Part shown: positions 18,194-29,300 of the stretch, piece after piece
Position numbering within the stretch: position 1 is the stretch's first letter
Layout of the letters: each line of letters opens with the position of its first letter
Origin: Clostridia bacterium
GTDB taxonomy: Bacteria; Bacillota; Clostridia; Oscillospirales; CAG-272
DNA length: 64,000 nt
NCBI GenBank assembly: GCA_017501545.1
Contig: JAFVWS010000044.1
Span: 10,240-74,239 of the forward strand
Direction of reading: 5' to 3'
Program-made: the position numbers and the translations under genes
The notes under the pieces: generated by a model
Database searches by the model: none
What the model saw: only the letters and a program-made list of their open reading frames with translations
What the model was told of the DNA's origin: nothing

Positions 18194-19198
18194 ATGAATA
18201 ACATAAATGTAAATAAGGACCTTGAAAAGGTATCAATGTTTAGCGAAAAGGTAGCTAAAATCAAGAATGAGCTTAAGAAGGACGTTGTTGGTCAGGGTGA
18301 GATTATCGACGGTGTTATTATTGCAATTGTTGCAGGAGGAAACGTTCTTTTAGAGGGTGTGCCTGGCGTTGGTAAGACGCGCTTGGTGCGTTCACTTGGC
18401 AGAGTATTATCTCTTCCATTCTCGCGTATTCAGTTCACCCCAGACCTTATGCCATCTGACGTAACTGGAGCAAACGTTGTTGAAAAGGACGAAAATGGCA
18501 AGTTAAATACCTCGTTTAGAAAGGGACCTATCTTTGCTAACCTTGTTCTTGCCGATGAAATCAACCGTGCAACACCAAAGACACAGTCCGCTATGCTTGA
18601 GGTAATGCAGGAGCATAAGGTTACAGTTGGTAATGACGTACATAAAATAAACGAGCCATTTTTCGTGCTTGCAACAGAAAACCCAATTGAGCAGGACGGT
18701 ACCTATCCACTTCCAGAGGCACAAATGGACCGTTTTATGTTCAAGCTTATAGTTAATTTCCCATCGGACGAGGACCTAATCGACATCGTTAAGATGACAC
18801 AAAAGACTATGGACGAGACAGCAAGCGCTGTAATTAACGGCGAGGAAATCTTGGAGATGAGAAGACTTGCCTCAGAAGTTCTTATCACAGACGAAATTTT
18901 GGCTTATGCAATCAGGCTTGTTTCAAATACCCACCCAGAGCTTTCTAAGTCCTGCCCAGTGACAAAGAAGTACGTAAAATATGGTGCTTCCCCTCGTGCA
19001 GCACAGGCACTTGTTACCTGCGCTAAGGTAAAGGCACTTATGGACGGAAGATACAACGTTGCATATGACGATATTGATGCTCTTGCATTCCCAGTTCTCC
19101 GTCATAGAATGAAGGTTAACTTCACAGCAGTAAATGACAAGCTTGGCGTTGACGACGTAATTTCAATGATAATAAAGGAAACAAAAAAGGTTCGTTAA
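18194..19198 (+). CDS. moxR: MoxR family AAA+ ATPase
   Basis: LEGVPGVGKT, RIQFTPDLMPSD, LADEINRATPKTQSA, ENPIEQDGTYPLPEAQMDRF and GASPRA. Confidence 0.93.
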   Translation: MNNINVNKDLEKVSMFSEKVAKIKNELKKDVVGQGEIIDGVIIAIVAGGNVLLEGVPGVGKTRLVRSLGRVLSLPFSRIQFTPDLMPSDVTGANVVEKDENGKLNTSFRKGPIFANLVLADEINRATPKTQSAMLEVMQEHKVTVGNDVHKINEPFFVLATENPIEQDGTYPLPEAQMDRFMFKLIVNFPSDEDLIDIVKMTQKTMDETASAVINGEEILEMRRLASEVLITDEILAYAIRLVSNTHPELSKSCPVTKKYVKYGASPRAAQALVTCAKVKALMDGRYNVAYDDIDALAFPVLRHRMKVNFTAVNDKLGVDDVISMIIKETKKVR

Positions 19199-19199
19199 A

Positions 19200-20084
19200 A
19201 TGAGTAAATTCACAATAGACGAGGAGCTTTTGGCGCAGATAGAGTCGCTACAAAGCCTTCTCAAAAACAACGTTGCCGGTATGTTTGGCGGAAACCGTCA
19301 ATCAAAAAGCTTCGGTTCATCGTGTGAATTTGCGGATTATCGTGACTATCTCCCAGGAGACGACATCAATAGAATAGACTGGAATGCGTATGCCCGCTTT
19401 GATAAGCTATACGAGAAGCTATATTACGACGAAAGGCAGATGCATACAAGAATTTATATTGATGCAAGCCGTTCAATGGTCCACGCAGACGACTCAAAGG
19501 CGCAGGCGTCACTAAGAATTGCCGCTTGCCTTGCTTATTTGTCCGTTTGCGAAATGGATAAGGTTTCAATTTACGCAATCCACGGTGATAAAATTGAGGA
19601 AATAATCTCCTCTATGGTTGGTAAGGAATCCTACATTAGCGCAATTAACAAGCTAAACGACGTAGAATTCTATGGTGACAGCCGTATAAGTGAGGCTATT
19701 TTGCCAGCCAAGGTAGGCAGGGGAGATGGCTATTCAGTAATTATTTCCGACTTTTTAACCGATGATAATTATGAAAATGCGATTGACCACCTCGTGTCAA
19801 AAAAGAGGGACGTTTTGTGCGTTCAGGTGCTTTCAGCAGATGAAATCAACCCTCAAATGAGAGGAAAGATGCATCTTTTTGACTCCGAGGACACAAATAA
19901 AACATACCGTAAAAAGATTGACAGGGACATTGTAAGGGCCTATAAGGAGGCCTTGCGCTTTGTCATCGAAAGAATCAAAAATTATTGCCAAGCGCGTGAG
20001 GCTACCTATCTTTTAGCCCCTGCAAACGCAAGCCTTTTTGATATCTTCTTTGGTACAATGATAGATTTGGGGGTGCTTAAATGA
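19200..20084 (+). CDS. DUF58-domain (vWA-like) protein
   Basis: GSSCEFADYRDYLPGDD...IDWNAYAR, IDASRSM and IISDF. Confidence 0.92.
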   Translation: MSKFTIDEELLAQIESLQSLLKNNVAGMFGGNRQSKSFGSSCEFADYRDYLPGDDINRIDWNAYARFDKLYEKLYYDERQMHTRIYIDASRSMVHADDSKAQASLRIAACLAYLSVCEMDKVSIYAIHGDKIEEIISSMVGKESYISAINKLNDVEFYGDSRISEAILPAKVGRGDGYSVIISDFLTDDNYENAIDHLVSKKRDVLCVQVLSADEINPQMRGKMHLFDSEDTNKTYRKKIDRDIVRAYKEALRFVIERIKNYCQAREATYLLAPANASLFDIFFGTMIDLGVLK

Positions 20085-21961
20085 GCTTTATGTATCCTCT
20101 ATGCCTTCTTGCCCTTTTGGGTATTCCGGCAGTAATAATAATCTACATTTTAAGAAGCCAATATACTGAGCAAACAGTAAACTCAACCTATATATGGACA
20201 CTTAGCGAGAAGTTTTTGAAGAGAAGAAACCCACTTAGTGGACTAACAGGAATTATTGCGCTTATTTTACAGCTTCTTATGGTTCTTTTAATCACGCTTG
20301 CCTTAGTAAAGCCGATTATTACGCTTAAGGACGCGGCAAACGAGTATTGCTTTATTCTTGACGCATCAGCCTCAATGAATATGTCTGACGGCGAAAAAAC
20401 ACGCTTTGAAAAGGGCAAGGACGAGATTGAGGACGTAATATCCTCATCCAAGAGAGGAAGCGAGTACACCCTTATTTACGTAAATGACGAGGCAACAACC
20501 ATTTACGAGGGGGTTTCAAGCAAAAAAACAGCACTAAAGCTTCTTTCAGAGCTTGAGCCATCATATGCAGGCTCTAATATAGACTCTGCTAAAATGATAG
20601 CACAGGAGTTCTTTAATAAAAGCCCATCAACCGAGACCTATTTAGTGACGGATAAAAGCTATAATATGCATCAAAACGTTACTATAATTGACGTTTCTGG
20701 CGATGAAAATAACTATGGAATAACAGACGTTATATGTCAGGTTAACACCGAGATTGACGGCACAAGCGTGCTTACAGTCGGTGGCAAGCTAAATTCCTAC
20801 AAAAAGCCAACCTCTTTAAGGGTTGAGGCTTACGTTGACGGGGCAGATGCGCCAAGTGGCAGTGGGGAATTTATGATTTTACCAACCACCGACGGCACAG
20901 AATTTGAGCTAGGAAAAATCAAGCTTGACAAGCCAAGCTATTCAAGCGTTAGAGTCGTAATAGCAAACGAGGACGCGCTTTTTTCTGACAACGAGGTAAT
21001 AATTTATAATGCAAAGAACGAAAAGCAGTATAAAACTATTATTGTAAGCGAGGCGCCATTCTTCCTTGAGGCATCAATTGATGCAGTTGGTGACTACGAC
21101 GTTATATCTGTAAGCCCAGAGGAATTTGAGGCTAAATACAAAAATAGTAGCTTTGGTCTATATATCTTTGATTCCTACGTGCCAGCAGAGCTACCACAAA
21201 GTGGCACTGTTTGGATGATTAATGCAAATCAAAGCGTTAGTGGCGCAGGATTTAGCTATCGCTCTGAGGTTGTACTTAAGGAGCCTTGTGATATGGAAAA
21301 ATCAACCTCGTCACAAAGCACGATAAGGGCGCTTCTTAAGGGCGTTAACGCAAAGGACTTATACCTAATTAAGTATCTAAGATACAGCACAAGTGGCGAT
21401 TATATGACGCTTCTTTCAACAGATGGTATTCCACTTGTGATGGCAGGTGAAAACGACTTCGGCAATCGTATGGTTTTGTTTGCCTTCGATATTCACGACT
21501 CAAACATCGCCCTAACAGGTGATTTTGTAAGCCTTGTTGACAATTTAATTAACTATTCCTTCCCATCAGTGCTTGATAGCACAAGCTACATAGCTGGCGA
21601 GGAAATAATAATTAACACAGTTGCAAACTGTGAAAGCGTTAAGGTAATTTCCCCATCGGGTAAGACAAAATACCTTGACACACAAAAGACTATGAACACA
21701 TACGTGCTTGGCGAAAGTGGCACGTACACGGTTGAGGTTAATGCTGGCGGCTCGATAAGGACACACAGCTTCTTCTCGGAAACTCCATATGGTGAAAGGG
21801 CGCCTAAGACGGTTGAGCAAAACTTCTCAATAATAGGCACGCCAAGCCGTGACAGGCTCGATGGAGAATTTGACCCAACTATAATTATTTTTGTTTTGAT
21901 AGCACTTATTTTTGCGGCGGATTGGATGGTGTATATGTATGAGAAGCGTCAACTTCGATAA
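20081..21961 (+). CDS. BatA-like N-terminus plus vWA domain membrane protein
   Basis: N-terminal MYPLCLLALLGIPAVIIIYIL...NSTYIW, MIDAS-like LDASASM, C-terminal TM helix. ATGA overlap with DUF58. Confidence 0.85.
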   Translation: MSFMYPLCLLALLGIPAVIIIYILRSQYTEQTVNSTYIWTLSEKFLKRRNPLSGLTGIIALILQLLMVLLITLALVKPIITLKDAANEYCFILDASASMNMSDGEKTRFEKGKDEIEDVISSSKRGSEYTLIYVNDEATTIYEGVSSKKTALKLLSELEPSYAGSNIDSAKMIAQEFFNKSPSTETYLVTDKSYNMHQNVTIIDVSGDENNYGITDVICQVNTEIDGTSVLTVGGKLNSYKKPTSLRVEAYVDGADAPSGSGEFMILPTTDGTEFELGKIKLDKPSYSSVRVVIANEDALFSDNEVIIYNAKNEKQYKTIIVSEAPFFLEASIDAVGDYDVISVSPEEFEAKYKNSSFGLYIFDSYVPAELPQSGTVWMINANQSVSGAGFSYRSEVVLKEPCDMEKSTSSQSTIRALLKGVNAKDLYLIKYLRYSTSGDYMTLLSTDGIPLVMAGENDFGNRMVLFAFDIHDSNIALTGDFVSLVDNLINYSFPSVLDSTSYIAGEEIIINTVANCESVKVISPSGKTKYLDTQKTMNTYVLGESGTYTVEVNAGGSIRTHSFFSETPYGERAPKTVEQNFSIIGTPSRDRLDGEFDPTIIIFVLIALIFAADWMVYMYEKRQLR

Positions 21962-24602
21962 TCCATATTTACTCCTAATTGCCATTCCACTTTTGCTTCT
22001 TGTAATTATCCCATTTGTGATAGCTATAAGAAAGGAAAACAGGCAAAAAAGCGCAGTCATTTCGCTTGTAATTCACATTGCTATTGTTGTTTTGGTTACC
22101 CTTGCCGCAGCAGGTGCCAAGGTGACAACAGTGCTAACTGAAACTAACGTTTACGTAGTAGCAGACGTTTCATATTCATCGGAAAGAGAGCTTGATTTGG
22201 TTGATGAATATATCGACGAAATCAAGGACAACCTACCAAGAAATACCAAGCTTGGTGTGGTTTGCTTTGGTAAGGATTCTGTCGTTTTATATAAGCCGGG
22301 CGAGGAAGGAAGGAGCGTTAAGGAGGCTTTAGTTGATAATTCAGCTACTGATATTGTCTCAGCGCTTGAATATACCTCGGGACTATATAAGGACGACGTG
22401 ATTAAGAAAATGGTGCTTATTACCGATGGTAGAAGCACTGACCCAGATAGTAGAGGCAGGCTTGTTGCCCAAATGGAGGCGCTTGAGAGTAAGAATATAA
22501 CGCTTGACGCAATCTTCGTTGACAGCACAATCAGTGATGAGGAGATGGAGGTTCAAATTTCCGATTTACAAAGCGTTAAAAAGACTTATCTTTCACAAAG
22601 GAGCGAGGCTAAGCTTCTTTTGCAGTCAAACTATGAGGGACAGGCAAGGGTTACCTTGTCAGTAAAGGCGCCAAACAGCGATTCTTACGTTGAACAGCCA
22701 TATACTATTGAGGACATAACCTATGGTTATAATTTAATAAAGCTTCCACTTATCTCAGATGAGGCGGGCGTTTACGATTATCGCGTATCTGTTACAGCAG
22801 AAAGCGACATATGCGACAAAAATAACGTATATACCTTTACTCAAGAGGTTGATGAAAGCCTTGACGTGCTTCTTGTTACAGAAAAGCAAGAGGACATTGA
22901 CCAAATAACTAAGCTTCTTGGAGAAAGGGCGACTATAACCTCTGTGCTTGTTAAAATGGGCAAGCCGGTTACCAATTTGCCTTATACAGTAGAGGAGCTT
23001 TCAAAATACGACGAGATTATTCTTTCTAATATTGATATTAGAGAGCTACCTAACGTAACGTCGTTTATGTACGCAATTGAGCTTGCGGTTTCTCAGTACG
23101 GAAAGTCGCTTACAACAATTGGCAACCTTGAGCTTCAAAACAAGGATGACAGTATTCTTGGCGACCTTGGCGAAATGCTTTCTATTAACTACGGCAACTC
23201 AAATAGCGATGCTAAAATGTATACAATCGTGCTTGATACGTCACATAGTATGAACCAAGCATATAAGCTAAGGGCAAGTAAGGAGGCAGCAAAGGCGCTT
23301 CTTTCACTCCTTGGAGATGACGATATTGTTTGCCTTATTACATTCTCTGGCGATGTTGAAACAACACAGCCACCTGTAAGGCTTGGTGACAAGCGTAATC
23401 AGCTAAACCAAATGATTGACGATATAAAGCCATCACAGGGCACGTTCCTTGGTACGGCTCTTTCACGTGCAAATACAGTAATGAAGGGCTATAGCTACAA
23501 GGAAAAGCAGGTTATGCTTATCTCCGACGGTAAGACAAACTCCTATGACTTAAATCCACGCACCATTGCAAAGGATATGAAGTTTAATGAAATAGTTGTT
23601 TCAACTATTAACGTGGCAACCGCTGATGACGAGCCAAGGACGCTTCTTGAGGACATTGCAACCATAACTGGTGGTAATGCGTTCTTTATGGAGGACGTTG
23701 AGGCGGTTGAGGACCTAATCTTTGCCGAGATTGCCGATGAGGTGACTGAAGCAATTATCGAAAAGGAAAGCCCGGTTTACATTGAAAAAATGAAGGACGG
23801 CTTGATTTCTGGTGCTGACGGCGCAGAGGATGATATTATCTCAGTGCCAAGCATCTTTGGCTTTGTACAAACAAATGCAAAGCTTGACGCAAACGTGGTT
23901 TTAACAGTTGACTACGAAAGAGAAAGCTCAATAATTCGTGTTCCACTTTACGCATGGCGTGAGTACGGAGAGGGCAAGGTTTCAACCCTTACAACAAGCC
24001 TCTCTGGCGCTTGGACAGCAGGCTGGAGCGATGAATTTAAGACGCGTCTTCTTGAAAATATGCTAAGTAGCCATCTACCAGAGGAAAAAATTGACCATCC
24101 ATATAAAATCGAGGTAAGCCATAACGGCTCAAAGACTACAGTTTCACTTACCCCTGCATACCTACGTGCAGACGGCAGGGCAACAATTGCTTTAACCACC
24201 CCAAGTGGAGAGGTTATTGAAAACGAGCTTATCTTTGATATGCAAAAATATTACTACACCTTCAAAACCGAGGAAATAGGAAGATACGACATATCAGTAA
24301 ATTACTCGTATGACGAAAGCCCAGAGGGAATCAGCGAGGACTCCTTCTTTAATATCTCATACGCGCCAGAGTACGATATGTACGCAAGCTATTCAGCCTC
24401 AAGCCTACACGCATTTGTAAACGGCGAGGTAAAGGAGGGTGAGGCGATAAGGATTGAAAACGACAAAAACAAGCTTGCAACCTACGAGTATTCGTTTGTT
24501 ATTGCGTTCTTAATTATCGCTATGGTTCTCTTTATTGCCGATATTGCAATAAGAGTTCTTAAAATAAGAAAAAAGCCAAGGGTAAAGGGGGATAAGAAAT
24601 GA
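21939..24602 (+). CDS. Double vWA domain membrane protein
   Basis: Two MIDAS motifs (ADVSYS...T...LITDG and LDTSHS...GT...LISDG) with TM helices at both ends. Probable ATG start at 21939. Confidence 0.85.
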   Translation: MRSVNFDNPYLLLIAIPLLLLVIIPFVIAIRKENRQKSAVISLVIHIAIVVLVTLAAAGAKVTTVLTETNVYVVADVSYSSERELDLVDEYIDEIKDNLPRNTKLGVVCFGKDSVVLYKPGEEGRSVKEALVDNSATDIVSALEYTSGLYKDDVIKKMVLITDGRSTDPDSRGRLVAQMEALESKNITLDAIFVDSTISDEEMEVQISDLQSVKKTYLSQRSEAKLLLQSNYEGQARVTLSVKAPNSDSYVEQPYTIEDITYGYNLIKLPLISDEAGVYDYRVSVTAESDICDKNNVYTFTQEVDESLDVLLVTEKQEDIDQITKLLGERATITSVLVKMGKPVTNLPYTVEELSKYDEIILSNIDIRELPNVTSFMYAIELAVSQYGKSLTTIGNLELQNKDDSILGDLGEMLSINYGNSNSDAKMYTIVLDTSHSMNQAYKLRASKEAAKALLSLLGDDDIVCLITFSGDVETTQPPVRLGDKRNQLNQMIDDIKPSQGTFLGTALSRANTVMKGYSYKEKQVMLISDGKTNSYDLNPRTIAKDMKFNEIVVSTINVATADDEPRTLLEDIATITGGNAFFMEDVEAVEDLIFAEIADEVTEAIIEKESPVYIEKMKDGLISGADGAEDDIISVPSIFGFVQTNAKLDANVVLTVDYERESSIIRVPLYAWREYGEGKVSTLTTSLSGAWTAGWSDEFKTRLLENMLSSHLPEEKIDHPYKIEVSHNGSKTTVSLTPAYLRADGRATIALTTPSGEVIENELIFDMQKYYYTFKTEEIGRYDISVNYSYDESPEGISEDSFFNISYAPEYDMYASYSASSLHAFVNGEVKEGEAIRIENDKNKLATYEYSFVIAFLIIAMVLFIADIAIRVLKIRKKPRVKGDKK

Positions 24603-26203
24603 AAATGAAGAGAATTTTATCATTAATTTTCGCATTAATATTTATTCTTTCCCTTGTATCCTGTGGTACGTACACTCCACCTGCGACAACTGACACCGAG
24701 GGCACAAATGATACAAATACAGACACAGGTACGGGCGAAAAAGAGGACGTTACGTACTCGGACAGCGCATTTACAGTGTCACTTCGCTATCGTGGGAATA
24801 CATATATTCCAAGTGAGGATATATATGCAATCTGGACTGGCGAGGGCAAAATTGCCTCCTCTGAATTTAACAAGGAGGGCATAGCTGGCGTTGAGGGGCT
24901 TGACGGCGACTATCGCGTTACCTTGTCAAGCGTGCCAGAGGGAGTTGCCTACAACCCTAACGCTTACACATCAACAAATGATGAAAGAAATCTTGTAATT
25001 GACCTTTACGACATTCAAAAAACGACAGGCAAGGGCACGGACCTTTACAAGGCAATTTCTGTTACCAAGGCTGCTGTTTATCAGGTTAAATTAAATAGCC
25101 AAACACATATAGTTTACTATGAGTTCAGACCAACCGTTGCTGGAATGTACACAGTGGAAAGCTGGATGGATACAACAGCAGAGAGGTTCAACCCATATTG
25201 CGAATCATATAACGGAACCTTCGCAGCAAAGTTCTTTGATGAAACAATAGACGGTGGTGGTAAGGAAGGCATTTACACAAAAAACTTCAAGGACACAATT
25301 GACGTTTCTGAGGATATGCTTGGTAATGTTTTGACCTTCGGAATTCACGTTGATGCAAAAAATCAAGATAACTTCCCAGTTACAGTTACCTTTGCTATTC
25401 AGCTGAATGGTGGCTTCGATGGCTACGATTATGGTGAATACGATATGTACGTAATGCAAGAGGATGAAAAAACGTACCTTTCTGGTATGAAGGAGTACGG
25501 TGAGGATTACGAATTTGTCGAGGCAGTGGTTGAAATTCCAGGCAGAGAAAACGCATATCTCTACGATGAGCGCTATTATAGGCTTTGGGAAAAGGAAATG
25601 GGAGGCGACAACCTTTACCACGTTTACGACGAGGAGCTTTACCCCGAAACGGGTGGCTATGGCCCTATACTTTATGCCTATATTTCCTCACCCTGCAAAT
25701 ATATAGACAGGGCATTTACCTTTATAGAGCAGGAGTCAAAGCCTCTTTCTATCACCTATCCAAATGGCACAAAGATAAACTATAAGCACTTTATAGAGGG
25801 CTACACTGCCCTTGCTACAAGCAATGAGCCACTTTATAATGGCGGAAGCTATTATTGTGACGAATATTGTCCTTGCCATCCGGGTGGTGGCGCTGGAATG
25901 GCTTGCACAGCTGAGTGCGAAAAATGTATTCCTGATTGCAGACGCATAAAGCCTGAAAACATCGGCTTTGAGGGCATACAACAGTATGCAAACTCCGACG
26001 GAGTAGTTGCTGTAACGAAGGAAATCAAAGACTTTTTATACTATTTTAGTATAAACCAAAGATACTTTGCCGATGGCGAGGGCTGGGTTGAGCTTGTAGG
26101 CTTAACCGAGGTGGTTGACGGCGTTGAGGTTAGCTATACAGTTGACTCAAACGATGCATCACAATGGTTATTTGCATGCGGTTATTATAAAAAAATCAAC
26201 TAA
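24599..26203 (+). CDS. Lipoprotein of unknown function with a Cys-rich insert
   Basis: Lipobox LVSC, Thr/Asp linker and CDEYCPCH...CTAECEKCIPDC. Confidence 0.8.
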   Translation: MKMKRILSLIFALIFILSLVSCGTYTPPATTDTEGTNDTNTDTGTGEKEDVTYSDSAFTVSLRYRGNTYIPSEDIYAIWTGEGKIASSEFNKEGIAGVEGLDGDYRVTLSSVPEGVAYNPNAYTSTNDERNLVIDLYDIQKTTGKGTDLYKAISVTKAAVYQVKLNSQTHIVYYEFRPTVAGMYTVESWMDTTAERFNPYCESYNGTFAAKFFDETIDGGGKEGIYTKNFKDTIDVSEDMLGNVLTFGIHVDAKNQDNFPVTVTFAIQLNGGFDGYDYGEYDMYVMQEDEKTYLSGMKEYGEDYEFVEAVVEIPGRENAYLYDERYYRLWEKEMGGDNLYHVYDEELYPETGGYGPILYAYISSPCKYIDRAFTFIEQESKPLSITYPNGTKINYKHFIEGYTALATSNEPLYNGGSYYCDEYCPCHPGGGAGMACTAECEKCIPDCRRIKPENIGFEGIQQYANSDGVVAVTKEIKDFLYYFSINQRYFADGEGWVELVGLTEVVDGVEVSYTVDSNDASQWLFACGYYKKIN

Positions 26204-26339
26204 TTTTCACTAAATTTTCAAAAATATGTGGAAATTAGTAAAATCGTATGCTATAATATATTTTATCATAATATATTTTAAAATTATTTAGGTTTCGATT
26301 TTGAAATATATACAAAAATTTTAAGGAGGTCCTTTTAAT

Positions 26340-29300
26340 ATGAAAAGGAAACTTGCACTGATTTTGTGTGTTGTTGCAGCTATTGCAATGATATTTACTC
26401 TTGCATCATGTGGCGAAGAGAAATGTGAACACACATATTCAGCTGATTGGTCATCCGATGAAAATGGTCACTGGAATGCAGCAACCTGTGGCTGTGAGGG
26501 CGAAATCAGCAACTACGGCATTCACGCCGATGAAAAAACTCTTGGCGAGGACGGAAAGCTTACAGCTGGTAAGGATGGTCTTTGTGACACATGCTCTTAC
26601 AAGCTTTGTGAGGAGCACAAATACGCTACAGAGTGGTCAACAAACGAAACAAATCACTGGAACGCTGCTACATGCGGATGCGACGTTAAGGACAACGACG
26701 CTAAGCACGTTGACGAAAACAAGGACGGCAACTGCGACGAATGTAAGTACGTAATCTGTGATCACTCACCAGTTGATGCTTGGTCAAGCGACGAAACATA
26801 CCACTGGAAAGAGACAGATTGCGAGGATTGCAACGTTGACGTTGCTCTTAAGGGTGAGCACGCTGATGAAAACGAAGACGGTCGTTGCGACACCTGTGGC
26901 TACGTTACAAGCTTTGACTACGTTTTAAAGAGCGTAATTGAGGGTCTTGATAGCGAGGCTTGGTTTGGCGTTAACTCTTCAGTAGTTCTTGAAAATGGTG
27001 AAGAGACATTTACAAAGGTGTTCGATAACTACACAGTAGTTAAGGACGCATTTGGCAACACAAAGTACTACTCATATTATGGCGAAAACGATGCAAATCT
27101 ATTTGTAGTATATGAAACTGATTATGGTACATTCAGAAACCTCGACGCTGAGGAAATTGAAGGCGTTGCAGCATACGAAATCGTATTCTACAAGGTTGTT
27201 GCTACAAACCACGAGGATATGATTAAGGGTCTTTATAGACTCGCTATGAATGGTAGCGTTGATGGTGATGGAGAACAAGATGGTTACTCATACGGTCTTG
27301 TTAACACAATTGATGAGGAAGCAGGAAAGTACTCATTTAAGTTCCTCTTTACAATCTACGAATCAGCTTATGAGGTAAGCGTTGAATTCGAGGTTGATGC
27401 TGAGGCAAACGCTGTTAAGAGCGCTACAATTACAATTGACCTCTACGACTTAGCAGACGTTACAATTGATGAAGAAAACCTTACATACACAGTTAATGAG
27501 GATGCTGAGGCAATCTCAACAAAGTATGAAGCTACACAAACATTTGGTGACCCAATGTCTTCAGAGGAAGCACCAAACCCACATCCAGCAAGCAAGTATA
27601 TAATTGACGACCTTAAGTTTGTTAACGAAGACACAAACGAGGAAATCGAGGAAGGCGACGTAGTTGAAATTCTTGCTGGCTATGAAAACAAGCTCAATCT
27701 TGTTCTTTCAGAGGATCTACTTGATCTTGCTGACTTCCAGCTCTTTGAGGTAACAACAGAGCTTACAAAGGGTGGAATGAACTATCCATTCTCACTTTAT
27801 GGCAATACAGCTGGCGAGTTCGCAGTTGAAATTTCAAACGGTCTTGACACACTTTCATTCACAATTAAGGTTTCATATGTTGCTCCTCAAACAATGAGCA
27901 CATTTGCTATCAATGTTGACTCAGGAACAGGCACATCTGAAAGTGAAGTGACAATGTATAATGGTCAATCACTTATGGTAAATGCAGTTGTTTCACAAGG
28001 CTGTGACCCAACATTTACAGCTGAGGTTACAGTAGGTAAGGACGCAGCAGTCTTAGCAAAAAATGAAATCGGCACATACACATTCAAGCCATTAATGGCT
28101 GGCGATTATGAAATTGAGCTTACATCAAGCGTAGCAAGCGACGTTACAGCAACTCTTAAGGTTACTGTTATCGACCCACCTACAATTGAAGAGGTTTTAG
28201 ACGGCGAGTACGAGGGTACATCCGCCAACAACTGGATTGATATCAATGCTGAGTTTGGCGCAGAAAGCACAGTTGTTATCACACTTGATGGCGAGATAAG
28301 AAGCTGGGACAATGAAACCATGACACAGGTAACAACAGACGTATCTGGTACTGCAACATATACATATGTATACAATGAAGAAACAGGCGCGCTTGCTCTT
28401 ACAAAGACAGAGGGCGATGATCTTATCGTTGAAGAGGTTTACGTTGAAAACTATAAGGTAGTAGTTAAATTGACAAACGACTTCCCATGCAAGCTTGAAA
28501 AGGTTGTAGAAGAACCAGAAACACCAGCTGGTAGCGCTACAGAGAGCCCAATTAAGGTAACAATGACTAACGCATACACATACTGCTATGATTACGCATT
28601 TACATTTGTAGCAGGTGAGGCTGGCACATACACATTCACAGTTCCTGTAGGTTTCGGCGTTTTTAGCCAAAAGGAATATGATGCATATGGTAACCCATAT
28701 GTTGATTTCCAAATGGATCAAGGTGGAACATTTACACTTGACCTTGATGCAGGTGAAAGCGTAGCGCTTCTCTTTGGTTCAAAAGAGGCTAAGGAATATG
28801 AGCTTGCATTCACATACTCAGCATCACAAGGTGGTGGAGATGTTGACGAGCCAGATACACCAGCTTCAGGTAGCGGTACACAGGCTGACCCATTCATTAT
28901 TACAGAATCTGGTAACTACGTAGCAGACTATGTAGGTGGCGGCTGGACAGTATTCACATGGTACCAATATACAGCAACAGCTGATGGCAATGTAGTATTT
29001 ACATATACAGGAAACGGAACTTACTGGTTGAGCTATGGTACAAATCCTGATGCTTTAGATGGAGTAGGAAGCACGGCAGTTGGCGGAGTTTATACAATTC
29101 CTGTAACTGCAGGCGACGTTCTATTCCTTGCAGTTCAAGAATACAACGGTACAGCTTGTGAAATTCCATTCACAATTGAACTTCCTGGCGCAGGCGCTGG
29201 TGAAGACGAAGAGCCAGAAACAACAGGTACAGCTCTTACAATCGGTAATAATAATATCGAAGGCACAGACATAACATACACATACACAGCAGATGCAGAT

